This document shows positions 41,105 through 49,764 of a stretch of DNA of 64,000 bases, in pieces. The notes under the pieces were generated by a model. That model saw nothing but the letters and a program-made list of their open reading frames with translations. It was not told the DNA's origin and did no database searches. Source of the stretch: Candidatus Eiseniibacteriota bacterium (GTDB lineage: Bacteria; Eisenbacteria; RBG-16-71-46; CAZAMP01); assembly GCA_965224245.1 (NCBI GenBank), contig OZ245046.1:448001-512000 (forward strand), given 5' to 3'. Both the position numbers and the translations under genes were made by a program. Every line of letters begins with the position of its first letter. Within the stretch, counting starts at the first letter, position 1.

Positions 41105-42344
41105 TTGCGCACCCCGACCGGCGACGACCGCCCCGAGGCGACCCGCGCGGTTTCCGCTGGGCGTTCTCGTGGGTCTGGTCGTGGGCGTTCTCGTGACGGG
41201 GGCGACGGGGCCGTGCTCACGGACCACCACCACCGACGTCGGCGCGATGGCGAAGGACGAGTTCCTGGATGAGACGATCGTGGCCAAGGTCGGCAACTAC
41301 ACGATCACCGCTCGTGACCTCGACGACCGCATCCGGTTCCAGTTTCCGGACCTCGCGGACGCGTTCAGCGCAGCGAACGAGCGATCCATCCGGGAAGTCC
41401 TGGGGCTGGACATCGAGCACCTCGTTCTGGTCTCCGAGGCCGAGCGCTCGGGATACGCGGACTCGAGCTACCGGTACTACCAGGCAGCCGAGCTCTCCCG
41501 GCGGTTTCAGCTTCAGACGCTGTACACGCAAGAGGTGATCCACAAGCTGGCCGAGCCCGACGAGGAGCGCGTCCGCGCCGAGTACGACAACATGAGGCAG
41601 TCGTTCACGACTCCGCGCCGGTCCGCCGTGCGACACATCGAGGTGGCCACGCGCGCGGAGGCCGAGGCCGCCCGCGCCCGCATCGAGGCCGGAGAGGCCT
41701 TCGCGGACGTGGCCATGGAGCTGACGCTGCACGAGGGTTCGCGCGTGTCCGGAGGGGCGATCGGCTGGGTCGAGCGAGGCAAGCCGATCAAGGGGCTCGG
41801 TCGCAACGACGCCTTCCTCGACGCCGCCCTCGCGCTTCAGGTCGGCGAGATGGACATCGTCCAGTCTCCGCGCGGCTGGCACCTGATCACCGTGATCCGC
41901 CTCGAGGAGGCCGGCTACCTGCCGTATGAGGAGGTGCGCGACCAGATCTTCGAACGCCTGCACAACCAGTCGGCCTCCGCCGTGTTCGACAGCACCCTCC
42001 GCGCACTGCGCGTCCGGTTCGACGCCACGCTCTACGACGAGAGCCTGGCGGCGTATCTGGCCTGGCGCCGGCGCGAGCCGGAGGAAGAGCTCTTCACCCG
42101 CGCTCAGGACGAGGCCGATCCGCTCCGGAAGATCGAGATCTACCAGGAGCACATCGAGCGGTTCCCCCACAGCGATCACGCGTGCGAGTCGAAGTTCATG
42201 ATCGCGTTCACGTACGCCGAGGAATTGCATGACCGGCACAAGGCGCGGCTGGCGCTGAACGAGTTCATGGGCGGATGTGAGGACCACGAGCTGGCCGAGA
42301 GCGCGCGCTTCCTGCTCGACGAGCTCTCGCGGGCCGGCAAGTGA
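41079..42344 (+). CDS. Membrane-anchored PrsA/PpiC-type peptidylprolyl isomerase with C-terminal TPR-like hairpin; start uncertain
   Basis: TM segment, VAKVGNYTIT, VRHIEV, GGAIGWV, SPRGWHLI. Tail ERFPHSDHA..SKFMIAFTY. Confidence 0.85.
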   Translation: MMATPKPADCAPRPATTAPRRPARFPLGVLVGLVVGVLVTGATGPCSRTTTTDVGAMAKDEFLDETIVAKVGNYTITARDLDDRIRFQFPDLADAFSAANERSIREVLGLDIEHLVLVSEAERSGYADSSYRYYQAAELSRRFQLQTLYTQEVIHKLAEPDEERVRAEYDNMRQSFTTPRRSAVRHIEVATRAEAEAARARIEAGEAFADVAMELTLHEGSRVSGGAIGWVERGKPIKGLGRNDAFLDAALALQVGEMDIVQSPRGWHLITVIRLEEAGYLPYEEVRDQIFERLHNQSASAVFDSTLRALRVRFDATLYDESLAAYLAWRRREPEEELFTRAQDEADPLRKIEIYQEHIERFPHSDHACESKFMIAFTYAEELHDRHKARLALNEFMGGCEDHELAESARFLLDELSRAGK

Positions 42345-42399
42345 CGACCCGGGGGATGGCGCCGGGCCGGCCATCCCCCATCACCGGGACGGAGAGGCC

Positions 42400-42921
42400 A
42401 TGGTCGAAGTGACGCTGTGGCAGATGGCCATGGACGAGAAGGCGCGGATCCCGGTGGTGATCCTCCGCGAGAAGAACGGCAACGGAAAGCTCCCCATCTG
42501 GATCGGCGCCGCGGAAGCCCAGGCGATCGCGTTCGAGATGCAGGGCAAGGAGTTCCAGCGCCCCATGACGCACGACTTGACCATGACGATGCTCTGCGCC
42601 TGCGGCGCCCAGCTTCGCAAGATCGAGATCGCCGCGCTCCGGGACTCGACGTACTTCGCGAAGATCATCCTCCAGCGCGACCACGAGCTCATCTCGGTGG
42701 ACGCCCGTCCGTCGGATTCGATCGCGCTCGCGGTGCGGGCGAAGGCGCCGATCTTCGCAGCCAAGGAGCTCCTGGCCTACGACCTCGACGACGTGCTGCC
42801 CGACGGGCCGGATTCCCCGGCGCTCGGCGAGTCCACGCTTTCGCCCGAGGAGCGGGCCGAGCGACTGCGCCAGCGGATCCGCGACATGAACCCCGAGGAC
42901 TTCGGCCGCTTCTCGTTCTGA
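42400..42921 (+). CDS. Bifunctional nuclease family (DUF151) protein
   Basis: LPIWIG..EAQAI, RPMTHDL, DARPSDSIALA. Confidence 0.93.
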   Translation: MVEVTLWQMAMDEKARIPVVILREKNGNGKLPIWIGAAEAQAIAFEMQGKEFQRPMTHDLTMTMLCACGAQLRKIEIAALRDSTYFAKIILQRDHELISVDARPSDSIALAVRAKAPIFAAKELLAYDLDDVLPDGPDSPALGESTLSPEERAERLRQRIRDMNPEDFGRFSF

Positions 42922-43058
42922 GAACCGGGGATCGGGCGCTCCGAATCGATGGAGCGCCTCGATCGCTCCCCAGGAGCGCGTGATCGAGGGTGCCTCGTTC
43001 GTGCATTCGGCGGAACCGCCGACGGCCCGACTGGGCGTGCCCGTCCGCCGAGCCGGCG

Positions 43059-43769
43059 TCACGTGCCGAAGCTGACGCCCCCGAGCGCGAACCGGAACGG
43101 GATCTCGAGCCAGAACGAGACCGGCCGGCCGTTCTCGGTCACGGGCAAGAACTCCCACTGGCGCGTGGCCCACTCGGCGGCCTCGGCGCACGATCGCAAG
43201 CTCACGTCGTGGTCCCCGGTGCGGACGTCCTTGACGAGGCCGTCGGGACCCACGAACGCCTGCACCATGATGCGTCCCTCGATCCCCATCAGCTTCGCAT
43301 CCGGAGGGTAGGGGGGCTTCACGAACTTCAGGATCGCGAAGCGCTCGCTCTGGAGGGTGAGCCGGGCGGCGGTGCGTGACGACGGGCCCTCGCCGGTGGC
43401 GGGACCCTCGCGGGGGGTCTCGATGTCGGGGATCTCGCGCTCGGACTCGCCCTCGCGGGTGCGATCGGGCAGGTCGGGGGCGCGCAGGGTCTCCTCGAGG
43501 TCGTAGTCGACGGCCTCGAACGCCTCGGGCAGGGGGTGTCCCCCGGCGAGCAGCTCGTGGGGCGCCACGTCGTCGGTGGGCGCCTCGATGATGTCGGCGA
43601 CCTGGAGGGGACCGAACAGCCCGACGGTCTGCGGGGGCTCGCGGCTGACGTCGATCGGGATGACGAAGAGCGCGATCAGGGTGAGACCGGTGGACACCAG
43701 GAGCGCCACCCGGAAGCGGCGGTCGTAGATCCGCTGGCGCTCCCGAACGGGGATGTTCGGTCCGAACAT
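43059..43769 (-). CDS. TonB-family energy transducer
   Basis: N-terminal TM, linker, KPPYP..AK..GIEG...WEFLP...G.PV; RBS GGGAGG. Confidence 0.88.
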   Translation of the reverse strand: MFGPNIPVRERQRIYDRRFRVALLVSTGLTLIALFVIPIDVSREPPQTVGLFGPLQVADIIEAPTDDVAPHELLAGGHPLPEAFEAVDYDLEETLRAPDLPDRTREGESEREIPDIETPREGPATGEGPSSRTAARLTLQSERFAILKFVKPPYPPDAKLMGIEGRIMVQAFVGPDGLVKDVRTGDHDVSLRSCAEAAEWATRQWEFLPVTENGRPVSFWLEIPFRFALGGVSFGT

Positions 43770-43848
43770 GCCGCACCTCCCGCGCTTCCCCCCACGGCCG
43801 GAGACTAGCACGCGGAGCCGAGACGCGTCCCCGATCCGGCGGAACGGC

Positions 43849-43877
43849 TTGTAGTCCCGGGCGTTACGTCCTATCTT
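43849..43877 (+). promoter_or_regulatory. Possible sigma70 promoter for the EF-G paralogue
   Basis: TTGTAG-17 bp-TATCTT. Confidence 0.4.
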
Positions 43878-43950
43878 AATCGACCTGTCGTCTCGGATGC
43901 GTCGGTCGTCCCCGCCGCCCGCGACCCGTCCGCGCCACCTCGAGGAGCCC

Positions 43951-45990
43951 ATGGCACCGCCGAAGAACCTGGCACACGTGCGCAACATCGGGATCATCGC
44001 CCACATCGACGCCGGGAAGACCACCACGACCGAGCGCATGCTGTTCTACACCGGCGTCTCGCATGCGATGGGCACCGTGGACGACGGGAACACCGTCACC
44101 GACTGGATGGACCAGGAGAAGGAGCGCGGGATCACGATCACGTCCGCCACGATCTCCTGCACGTGGCGCGAGCACACGATCAACCTGATCGACACCCCCG
44201 GCCACGTCGACTTCACCGCCGAGGTCGAGCGGTCGCTCCGCGTGCTGGATGGGGCCGTCGTGGTGCTGGACTCGGTGGCCGGCGTGGAGCCGCAGAGTGA
44301 GACCGTCTGGAATCAGGCCCGCCGGTATCTCATTCCCCGTGTCGTGGTCGTGAACAAGATGGACCGGCTCGGGGCGGACTTCGACGCGTGCGTGTCCGAC
44401 GTGGCCGAGAAGTTCCACACCCGCGCGCTGCCCATTCAGCTTCCGATCGGCGCGGAGGATCGCTTCTGTGGGATCGTCGACCTGATCGGGAACCGGGCGC
44501 TCGTGTGGAACACCGACGCCACCGGGCGCGAGTACGACGAGACCGAGATCCCCGACACGATGGCCGAGGCCGCCGCGCGGGCCCGGGAGGCCCTGATCGA
44601 TGCGATCGCGACCGAGGACGACACGCTCGTGGAACGCTTCCTGGCCGGAGAGACGCTGGACGGGGCCGACCTGATGCCGGTGCTCCGGCGGATGGTCCTC
44701 TCGGGCGACGTGACCCCGGTGCTGTGCGCGGCGGCGCTCCGAAACCGGGGGGTTCAGCCCCTCCTCGACGCCGTCGTGGACTATCTGCCGGCCCCGAACG
44801 AGGTGCCGCCGGCGGTCGCACACGACCCAGACGGGAGCGCGGTCCCGCTGCCCTCCGACCCGGAGGGCCCCGTGGCCGCGCTCGTGTTCAAGACGTACAC
44901 GGACCAGGACCGGCGACGGCTCAACTACGTGCGCGTGTACTCGGGCACGATCGGTGCCGGCGACAAGGTCTTCAACGCGACCCAGCGCAAGGACGAGCGC
45001 GCCGCCCGGCTGTATCACATGCAGGCCGACCGCCAGAAGCGGCTGGAGGCGCTCTCGGCCGGCGAGATCGGCGTGGTGATCGGGCTCAAGTTCGCCCGGA
45101 CCGGCGACACGCTGGTGGCCCAGGGGCAGGATCTGCTCCTGGAGGGGATGTCGTTCCCCGAACCGGTCGTCTCGAGCGCGCTCGAGGCCCAGACGGCCGC
45201 CGACGAGGACAAGATCCAGTCGGCGCTCGAGATGCTCGCGAACGACGACCCGACGTTCGCGGTGAAGCAGGACGAATCCACCGGGCAGCGGATCATCTCG
45301 GGCATGGGGGAGCTGCATCTGGAGGTGCTCTCCGACCGGCTCGCGCGGGAGTTCGGGCTCAGGGTGCGACTGGGGCGTCCACAGGTGGAGCTGCGCGAGA
45401 CGATCACCGCGAGCGGCAGGGCCGAGTGCACGTTCGATCGGGTGATGGGCGGCAAGCAGCACGTCGCGGCGGTCACCGTCACGCTGGAGCCGCTCGCGGC
45501 CGGATCCGGGAATCGCTTCGACGTCGGCCTTCCCGAGGGGCAGACGCCGCCGCCGGTGTATCTCGACGTCGTGTGCCGGTCGGCGATGAGCGCGCTGGAC
45601 GCCGGCGTCGTGGGCGGGTACCGCGTCATCGACATCGCCGTCACGCTCGACGCCATGCGGGTCAGCGACGAGCATGCGTCCGAGCTGGCCTTCGGCGCGG
45701 CCGCCCGCGGTGCGGTCAAGGACGCCCTCGTGGCCGGCTCACCGGTCTTGCTCGAGCCCATCATGCGCCTCGAGATCGTGGCACCCAAGGAGTTCACCGG
45801 CAACATCCTCGCCGGGCTCCAGAGCCGGGACGGCAAGGTGGACGGCACCGCGATCCGGGGTGCGCTCCAGACCGTCTCCGCGCGCGTGCCGCTCCAGCGG
45901 ATGTTCGGCTACACCACCGAGCTCCGCTCGCTCACGCAGGGCCGGGGATCGTACTCGATGCAGTTCGACCGGTTCGATCGGACGCGGTGA
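43951..45990 (+). CDS. fusA: Elongation factor G paralogue with divergent domain IV
   Basis: AHIDAGKTTTTE, ERGITI, DTPGHVDF, NKMD, GMGELHL, LRSLTQGRG; not linked to rpsL-rpsG. Confidence 0.93.
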   Translation: MAPPKNLAHVRNIGIIAHIDAGKTTTTERMLFYTGVSHAMGTVDDGNTVTDWMDQEKERGITITSATISCTWREHTINLIDTPGHVDFTAEVERSLRVLDGAVVVLDSVAGVEPQSETVWNQARRYLIPRVVVVNKMDRLGADFDACVSDVAEKFHTRALPIQLPIGAEDRFCGIVDLIGNRALVWNTDATGREYDETEIPDTMAEAAARAREALIDAIATEDDTLVERFLAGETLDGADLMPVLRRMVLSGDVTPVLCAAALRNRGVQPLLDAVVDYLPAPNEVPPAVAHDPDGSAVPLPSDPEGPVAALVFKTYTDQDRRRLNYVRVYSGTIGAGDKVFNATQRKDERAARLYHMQADRQKRLEALSAGEIGVVIGLKFARTGDTLVAQGQDLLLEGMSFPEPVVSSALEAQTAADEDKIQSALEMLANDDPTFAVKQDESTGQRIISGMGELHLEVLSDRLAREFGLRVRLGRPQVELRETITASGRAECTFDRVMGGKQHVAAVTVTLEPLAAGSGNRFDVGLPEGQTPPPVYLDVVCRSAMSALDAGVVGGYRVIDIAVTLDAMRVSDEHASELAFGAAARGAVKDALVAGSPVLLEPIMRLEIVAPKEFTGNILAGLQSRDGKVDGTAIRGALQTVSARVPLQRMFGYTTELRSLTQGRGSYSMQFDRFDRTR

Positions 45991-46063
45991 CCGCCCGCAC
46001 GCGGAATCGGCGCATGGGCTGGATTCTCGCGCGTTTGCGGACGCGCGGGCCGCGAGTTATCGC

Positions 46064-46093
46064 TTGACCGTCACGAGATCCACCCGCTAGCTT
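46064..46093 (+). promoter_or_regulatory. sigma70-type promoter directly before selA
   Basis: TTGACC-18 bp-TAGCTT, 8 nt before the ATG. Confidence 0.6.
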
Positions 46094-46101
46094 GCGATCA
46101 T

Positions 46102-47520
46102 ATGTCCAATCCAACGCACCAGGCGTTTCGCTCGATCCCGTCGGTCGAGTCGATCGCGCAGGATCCGGCCATCGCCGACGTTGCGGGCGCCCTCCCGCAC
46201 CCCCTCGTCACGGAGATCGTCCGAGACGTGCTGACCCGGGTGCGCTCGGAGGTGCGATCCACCGGACGCCCGGTGGACCGGCGCCGTGTGATCGCCGATG
46301 TGGACGCGCGTCTGCGGCTACACCTGGCGGGCCGGCCGGCCCGGGTCATCAACGCGACCGGCATCATCGTGCACACCAATCTGGGACGCTCGGTGCTGGG
46401 GCCGAGGGTAGCGGCCGCGCTGTCCGACGTGGCGATGGGCTACTCCGATCTCGAGCTGGACGTGCTGTCCGGCGCGCGCGGCAAGCGCGAGGCCCAGATC
46501 GATGCGCTGATGCGGGCGGCCACCGGCGCCGAGGCGGCGCTCGTCGTGAACAACTGCGCGGCGGCGGTGCTGCTGGCGCTGGATACGTTCGCGAAGGGGC
46601 GCGAGGTGATCGTCAGCCGGGGCGAGCAGGTCGAGATCGGCGGGGCGTTCCGGATGCCCGAGGTCGTCGCCCGGAGCGGCGCCCGCATGGTCGAGGTGGG
46701 CACGACGAACAAGACGCGCCTCGGCGACTACGCGGCGGCGCTCACGCCCGGGACGGCGGTGCTCCTGAAGGTGCACGCGTCCAACTTCCGCGTGGTCGGC
46801 TTCACCGAGTCCGCCGAGCTGGCCGAGCTGGTCGGGCTCGCGGACGAGCACGGGATCCTCGTGGTCCACGATCTCGGAAGCGGGGCCCCCGGCGTCGACG
46901 CCACCGCGCACCCGGGCGGAGAGCCGACTCTCAGGGAGATGGTCCGCGCCGGCGTCCACGTGGTGTGCGCGTCCGGCGACAAGCTCCTGGGAGGACCCCA
47001 GGCCGGCCTCGTCGTGGGGCGGCGCGAGCACGTCTCGCGCATGGGGACGAACCCGCTCTACCGGGCGCTCCGGCCGGACAAGCTCACGCTGGCCGCGCTG
47101 TCCGAGGCGCTGCGCATCCACCTGGAGGGAGCCGCGCGCGCCGACCTCCCCACCGTGCGGATGCTCACGATCTCTCCGGCCGAGCTCGAGGAGCGGGCGG
47201 CCGCGCTCGCCTCGGAGCTGGCCTCCGCGCTCGGGGACGCGGCGGCCGTGAGCACGCGCGCGGGCGAGTCCGAGACCGGCGGGGGCTCGCTTCCGGCGGT
47301 GCCGCTCCCGACCACGCTGGTCGTCGTGTCACCCCGTCACGCGCCCGTGCCCGCCGTGGAGCGCGCGCTTCGGGCCGCGCACCCGCCCGTCGTCGCCCGC
47401 GTGCAGGCCGATACGTTGCTGCTGGATCCGAGGACGCTCATGGATGGGGATCATGCGCCGCTGGTCGCGCGCATGGTCGAGGCCGTGTCCGGCGCCGCCC
47501 GACCGGCGTCGGGAGGGTGA
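46102..47520 (+). CDS. selA: L-seryl-tRNA(Sec) selenium transferase
   Basis: INATGIIVHTNLGRS, VVNNCAAA, SRGEQVEIGG.FR, EVGTTNKT, SGDKLLGGPQAG. Confidence 0.96.
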   Translation: MSNPTHQAFRSIPSVESIAQDPAIADVAGALPHPLVTEIVRDVLTRVRSEVRSTGRPVDRRRVIADVDARLRLHLAGRPARVINATGIIVHTNLGRSVLGPRVAAALSDVAMGYSDLELDVLSGARGKREAQIDALMRAATGAEAALVVNNCAAAVLLALDTFAKGREVIVSRGEQVEIGGAFRMPEVVARSGARMVEVGTTNKTRLGDYAAALTPGTAVLLKVHASNFRVVGFTESAELAELVGLADEHGILVVHDLGSGAPGVDATAHPGGEPTLREMVRAGVHVVCASGDKLLGGPQAGLVVGRREHVSRMGTNPLYRALRPDKLTLAALSEALRIHLEGAARADLPTVRMLTISPAELEERAAALASELASALGDAAAVSTRAGESETGGGSLPAVPLPTTLVVVSPRHAPVPAVERALRAAHPPVVARVQADTLLLDPRTLMDGDHAPLVARMVEAVSGAARPASGG

Positions 47521-47541
47521 CAGCGTGAAGGTGGTGAGGGC

Positions 47542-49734
47542 GTGACACCGCGAACCGAGACGTTCTACAAGTACTCCGGCGAGATCGCCCAGGATCTCGA
47601 CACGCCGATTCTGGCCTCGCTCGTCGAGCCCGCGCCCGTCTGCGGACGGGACCAGTCCTCCGAGCTGGAGACGTACGCGTCGACCGACGCGCTGGCCTCG
47701 GTCACGAAGATGTTCCGGAGCGGGCTCAAGTCCGTGCACGTGGCGGGCATCTCCGGGGACGTCGCGCGGGACGCCGTGCTCCTATCGCTGGCGCGAGTCC
47801 TGGCCGAGACCGGACGCCGCGTGCTCGTGGTGGACGCCGATGCCGACGGCCCCCCGCTGGCGCAGGCCGGACATCACGGTCTCAGCGACGTCCTGGTCAG
47901 CGGGGAGCCCGTGACGAAGGTCATCGTGCCCTCGCCGGGCTATGACGGCATGATGGCCTTCCTGCCCATCGGAACCGAGCCGGCCGTGCTCGAGACGCCC
48001 GGCACCGTCGAACCGCTCGTCCGGATCTTCGAGGACCTGCGGCCGGCGTACGACGCGACGCTCGTGAGCGCGCCGTGCCTGGACCGGCGCGGCAAGGTCC
48101 ACGTGGCGGCGACCGCGACCGAGACCGTGCTCCTGGTCCTGTCGCCCACGGTCATTCCGCGCGACCGCATCCGGCGGAACTTCCTCCAGCTCTGGGGCGT
48201 CGAGTCCCCGATCCGGGGGATCGTCACGCTGGGGCTGCCGGACGTCGTGCCGCACGTGCTGTCGCGCGAAGGCGGCGCGGTGCCGGCATCCCCCGGCGCG
48301 ACCGGGCGGCCGCCGGCGGGCCCGGATGCGGCGACACCGGACCCCACGACGTCCAACGGCGATGCCGGGGGGCCGCGCGCCGACCTTCCGGACGCCGATC
48401 TCGCCGACGAGACACGGACCCATCACCCCGGTCGGCCCCGGCACGACGATCCGCCGGAAGCGGCGTCTCCGCGCCACGACGCCCCGCCGGCGGTCGCCGA
48501 CCCCGATGAGACGACCGAGCTGGTCGACGACGCGATCGACCGTCTCATCGGTGCCGACGAGACGCCCGACGACGACGAGACCACGGACGCGACCCAGCTG
48601 ACCTTCGCCGCCGCCGACGCATCCGATGCGCGACACGACGAACGCGCCGCCGACGAGACCGCCCGCGGCGGCGGACCCCGGTCCGCGGACGCGGATGCCG
48701 AGCGTGCGACCTCCGCCGACGAGCCGTCTGAGCCCGCGCCGCGACCCGACTCTCCGCGGTCCGAGCCCGCGTTCGCGTCGGCGCGGAGCGAGCCGCGTTC
48801 CGATGCGGGGGACGCGCCCGAGCCCCCGCCGTTCGGCGACGCGCCTGCCGGAGAGTCGACCGGTCAGCCGGCCGACTCCCGGGATCTCGCCTCGGTGGAG
48901 CAGCTGGCCCGCACGACGCGATACGGGACGCTCACGAGCACCCGGCGCGAGGCTCGGTCCCGGCGCCCCCTCCTGCTCTCGACGATCGGCGTGATCGTCA
49001 TCGTCGTCGTGTTTCTCGCCCTGCGTGCCGCGATCGGCGGTGACGGAGGCGGCGCGGGCACCGGCGAGACGGACGAGGCGGTGCTGACGGCCGACAGCTT
49101 CACGCCGGCATCGGCGCCGCCGGGGGAGGGTCCGTCCGGTGGTGGGTCGGCGACCGGCGTGACCGATGCCGAGGCGTCACCGCCGGCGGACGTCGGCGCG
49201 GCCGAGGGCTCCACCGGTGGGGCGTCCGCCGGACAGCGTCAGCGAGAGACGCCGTCGGGATCCGACGCGTCCCCCGCGCCGGCCACCTCCGATGCGACGC
49301 CGCAGGGACGGGCATCGACGTCGGGCACGAGCGGCGACCGCGCGACGACCTCGGCGCCGCCGGCGCGAGCCGAGACGCCGCGCGAGGCCCCGGCCCGAAA
49401 AAACCCACCGAGCACCACGCGCACGCTGGACCCGAGCATCCCGAAGATGGTAAGTCGACGGTTCGCGGGGGTGACGCCGTTCTACTCGATCCACATCACG
49501 TCGTTCCAGAGCGTGGACCGCGCGGTCGACGACGCGAAGCGGTTCGAGGCGGCGACCGGGCATCCGTCCGACTACATCGATTACACGATCGCGTCGGGCC
49601 CGTCGGCCGGCGCGTGGTATCGCGTGATCGTGGGTCGCTTCGACGATCTCGAAGAGGCGCGAGCGGCCGCCCGGAAGATCATCGCGAGCGGCATCACGCA
49701 CTACGCCCGGGTCTATGCGATCTCCGGGTCCTGA
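47542..49734 (+). CDS. Bitopic membrane protein: degenerate BY-kinase/ParA-like N-domain, long disordered linkers, TM helix, C-terminal SPOR domain
   Basis: LARVLAETGRRVLVVDAD...GLSDVL...FEDLRPAYD; TM LLLSTIGVIVIVVVFLAL; FYSIHITSF...WYRVIVGRF..LEEA. Confidence 0.75.
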   Translation: MTPRTETFYKYSGEIAQDLDTPILASLVEPAPVCGRDQSSELETYASTDALASVTKMFRSGLKSVHVAGISGDVARDAVLLSLARVLAETGRRVLVVDADADGPPLAQAGHHGLSDVLVSGEPVTKVIVPSPGYDGMMAFLPIGTEPAVLETPGTVEPLVRIFEDLRPAYDATLVSAPCLDRRGKVHVAATATETVLLVLSPTVIPRDRIRRNFLQLWGVESPIRGIVTLGLPDVVPHVLSREGGAVPASPGATGRPPAGPDAATPDPTTSNGDAGGPRADLPDADLADETRTHHPGRPRHDDPPEAASPRHDAPPAVADPDETTELVDDAIDRLIGADETPDDDETTDATQLTFAAADASDARHDERAADETARGGGPRSADADAERATSADEPSEPAPRPDSPRSEPAFASARSEPRSDAGDAPEPPPFGDAPAGESTGQPADSRDLASVEQLARTTRYGTLTSTRREARSRRPLLLSTIGVIVIVVVFLALRAAIGGDGGGAGTGETDEAVLTADSFTPASAPPGEGPSGGGSATGVTDAEASPPADVGAAEGSTGGASAGQRQRETPSGSDASPAPATSDATPQGRASTSGTSGDRATTSAPPARAETPREAPARKNPPSTTRTLDPSIPKMVSRRFAGVTPFYSIHITSFQSVDRAVDDAKRFEAATGHPSDYIDYTIASGPSAGAWYRVIVGRFDDLEEARAAARKIIASGITHYARVYAISGS

Positions 49735-49764
49735 TCTCGATTTCCCTGACGAGAAGGAAAACCG

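Noticed and set aside
45991-47541. tRNA-Sec or selenoprotein UGA read-through linked to selA
   Set aside because: No TCA-anticodon tRNA found, and the TGA stops examined fall at natural protein ends.
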